Shown here: piece after piece, positions 61,691 through 64,000 of the stretch
How the letters are laid out: the number at the start of each line of letters is the position of its first letter
Numbering within the stretch: the stretch's first letter is position 1
NCBI GenBank assembly: GCA_036229005.1
Contig: JAZAMN010000008.1
Span: 32,001-96,000 of the forward strand
Source of the DNA: Myxococcota bacterium
GTDB taxonomy: Bacteria > Myxococcota_A > UBA796 > CAJQPC01
DNA: 64,000 nucleotides
Reading direction: 5' to 3'
Translations under genes and position numbers: made by a program
The notes under the pieces: generated by a model
The model's database searches: none
What the model saw: the letters and a program-made list of their open reading frames with translations, nothing else
Told to the model about the DNA's origin: nothing

Positions 61691-62695
61691 ATGTTCACCC
61701 TCCGCACCGAGCGCCTGGATCTGCACCCTCTGTCCATGCAGGACGCCGATCTGCTGCGGGCGCACTGGGACGATCCGGCCGTGCGCCGCTGGATGTGGGA
61801 CGGCGAGTCCCCCAGCGCCGAGCAGGTCGAGGAGATCATCACGGCCTCGGCCGAGCGCTTCGCGGAGGGCGGGGTGGGGCTGTGGTCTCTGCGCTCCGAG
61901 GGGTGGCTGATCGGGGTCGCGGGGCTGCAGCCAGTGACGGGTCATCCCGAGCACACCGAGCTGCTCACCTCCATACAGCCCGCCTGGTGGGGACAGGGGC
62001 TGGCCACCGAGGCCGCCGTCGAGGTGCTGCGATCCGGCTTCGCGTCCGGCATCGAGCACGTGGTGGTGGGCGAGACCGACAAGCTCCACACGCGCGGCCG
62101 CTCCTTCGTGGTGGGCCTGGGCTTCTCGGGGGTGCTGGAGCTGACGCAGCCCCTGGGCCAGGTGCGCTACTGGGGCCTGACGCCGGAGCGCTTCGCGCAC
62201 TTCCACCCGCTGCGCTGGCACTGGAAGAGCTTCGGCGCGCTGGACACCCGGGCGCTCTACGACCTGCTGGCCCTGCGCCAGGAGGTGTTCGTGGTCGAGC
62301 AGGAGTGCGCCTACCTGGACGCCGACGGCAAGGACCCCCAGGCCATGCACCTGCTGGGCTACGACGGTGACCGGCTCGCCGTCTATCTGCGGGCCTTCGC
62401 GCCCGGGGTGCTGCGGCGCGAGGCCGTGATCGGCCGGGTGGTCACCGCCCAGGACAGCCGGGGGGTGGGTTGGGGTCGGCGCCTGATGGAGGAGGGCATC
62501 CGCCGGGTCTGGCGACACTGGGGCCAGGGGCCCATCTTCCTGTCGGCGCAGTCGCACCTGGAGGACTGGTACCGGGCGCTGGGCTTCGAGATCTGCGGGC
62601 CGGGCTACCTGGAGGACGGCATCCCCCACCTGCCCATGTGCAACTCGGGCGAGGTGAGCGAGGTGATCGCCGACCCGCCCTCCGATCTGGCGTAG
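61691..62695 (+). CDS. tandem GNAT acetyltransferase (RimJ-like plus ElaA-like)
   Basis: LRTERLDL..WWGQGLATEA; LYDLLALRQEVFVVEQECAYLDADGKD..IGRV..YLEDGIPH. Confidence 0.85.
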   Translation: MFTLRTERLDLHPLSMQDADLLRAHWDDPAVRRWMWDGESPSAEQVEEIITASAERFAEGGVGLWSLRSEGWLIGVAGLQPVTGHPEHTELLTSIQPAWWGQGLATEAAVEVLRSGFASGIEHVVVGETDKLHTRGRSFVVGLGFSGVLELTQPLGQVRYWGLTPERFAHFHPLRWHWKSFGALDTRALYDLLALRQEVFVVEQECAYLDADGKDPQAMHLLGYDGDRLAVYLRAFAPGVLRREAVIGRVVTAQDSRGVGWGRRLMEEGIRRVWRHWGQGPIFLSAQSHLEDWYRALGFEICGPGYLEDGIPHLPMCNSGEVSEVIADPPSDLA

Positions 62696-62755
62696 TTCTC
62701 CGAATCACAAGTTCCGACACCCTTCGAGTGTCGGAACTTGTGCTGCAGAGAACTA
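62693..62755. repeat. long intergenic hairpin (REP/MITE-like or terminator)
   Basis: TAGTTCTC..CACAAGTTCCGACAC-CCTTCGA-GTGTCGGAACTTGTG..GAGAACTA. Confidence 0.7.
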
Positions 62756-62877
62756 TTGTCTTCTCCGGGGGACACCCCCGGAAATGCGCCTCACGGCGCA
62801 ACCCCCGCGGGCCCACTCGGGCCCGGGTTCTGCCGGAAGCTCTACAGGCTTGTCATTTCGGACCGGCAGAACCAGGT

Positions 62878-63672
62878 CTACTCCAGGCAGCTCTCGGGCA
62901 GCCCGTAGCCGGAGCCGCCGCCCGCCTGGAGCTGGATGTGCACCACCTGGTTGGGCTGGGCGTTGAAGCGGCTGCGGGCGATCAGGGTGTGGCCGCCGGC
63001 GCCGTCGCTTACCCAGGCCTCCAGGGTGTTGGAGCCCGCCCGGGCGTCGAGCACAAAGAACTCGCCGCTGCGGTCGGTGGCGCTGGTCGCGGAGCTCGGG
63101 AGCCCGTCGCTGTTGGGATAGTAGGTGCTGCCGCCCTCGATCAGGACGATCTCGGCGTTGCCGACGCCCATGCCGATGCAGTCGACCACGCTGCCGTAGA
63201 CGTGCGCGCCCCCGTCGCGGATGGGCTTGCCGACCGCGCCATAGGCCACGCTGTTGGCGCTCTCGGAGACGTACTCCAGGTCCAACTCGCCCAGCTCGGG
63301 CACGGCCTTGGGCCAGGCGTTCACCCACTCACCGACGCTCACCTGCACGGAGGTCGCGGTGCACGCAGGCAAGGTCGCCGAGGCGCTCCCGTCCTGCAGG
63401 GCGACGCTGCTGCCCTCGATGGTCAGGGTCTCGCCGGTCTCCCAGCCCTCCCGCCAGTCCAGGACGCGGATGTCGGTGGGGGTGCTGGTGGTGGTGACCG
63501 GGCAGGCCTCCAGCCAGTCCGACACGCAGTCCAGATCGCCGGCCGGGGCCTCTGCGACGCTGAGGTCCTCCGGGGCCGTCCCCTGGATGTCCACGCTCTC
63601 GCAGGTGGCGGCGGAGTCGCTGTCGGAGGAGCCGCCCTTGGTGCAGGCGGCCAGCAGGATCAGGGGGAGCAT
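62878..63672 (-). CDS. hypothetical lipoprotein
   Basis: MLPLILLAAC; C-terminal TDRSGEFFVLD carboxypeptidase-regulatory-like segment. Confidence 0.7.
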   Translation of the reverse strand: MLPLILLAACTKGGSSDSDSAATCESVDIQGTAPEDLSVAEAPAGDLDCVSDWLEACPVTTTSTPTDIRVLDWREGWETGETLTIEGSSVALQDGSASATLPACTATSVQVSVGEWVNAWPKAVPELGELDLEYVSESANSVAYGAVGKPIRDGGAHVYGSVVDCIGMGVGNAEIVLIEGGSTYYPNSDGLPSSATSATDRSGEFFVLDARAGSNTLEAWVSDGAGGHTLIARSRFNAQPNQVVHIQLQAGGGSGYGLPESCLE

Positions 63673-63950
63673 TGCTGAGACCAGTCCGGGTCGTCGGGGT
63701 AGAGCACCGGGCTGTCGGGCAGGCGGCAGGCGTCGGTGTAGTCGTTGACCCACTGGCGGGCCTCCGACCGGGTGATGGGGCTGTCCTCGTCCCGGCACTG
63801 GGCCCAGGCGTCGGTGCTGCTGTACCGGGCCTCCCACTCCTCCATGCAGGTGGGGACATCCCCGTCCTGGGTGCAGGTGCAGTGGGCTTCGGAGAGGTCC
63901 GCCCAGTAGTCTTCGACGGTGTAGGTGCAGGCGAGGAGGAGCAGTATCAT
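63660..63950 (-). CDS. small Cys-rich lipoprotein
   Basis: MILLLLAC; six further Cys; overlaps next gene. Confidence 0.65.
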   Translation of the reverse strand: MILLLLACTYTVEDYWADLSEAHCTCTQDGDVPTCMEEWEARYSSTDAWAQCRDEDSPITRSEARQWVNDYTDACRLPDSPVLYPDDPDWSQQCSP

Positions 63951-64000
63951 GGCCCCACGCTATCCCCACCGCCTGGGCCTTGCCACGGCCCACACAGCAG

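Overview
High-GC bacterial chromosome segment, probably Myxococcota-like (two MYXO-CTERM-type C-termini, tandem lspA genes with lgt, an ArsA-like ATPase pair). It starts at the replication-origin region (yidD-rnpA-rpmH divergent from dnaA-oriC-dnaN-recF-gyrB). It continues through htpG, a TetR-regulated RND efflux operon, an ECF sigma/anti-sigma pair, a toxin-antitoxin-chaperone (TAC) triplet, lspA-X-lspA-lgt, comEC, two hybrid kinases and many lipoproteins with unusually short signal peptides. The most striking element is a ~400-nt minus-strand non-coding region (23554-23955) directly downstream of a 247-aa uncharacterised gene (23956-24699). It folds into two tandem circularly permuted tRNA-like domains (T-arm, acceptor 3' strand, CCA, 5-nt linker, acceptor 5' strand, D-arm) with no anticodon loops, and is a candidate protein + tRNA-mimic RNA system. 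A mirror-symmetric 4+4 array of 31-bp-period repeats (47035-47352) also stands out. All calls come from reading the sequence by eye; no database searches were run.
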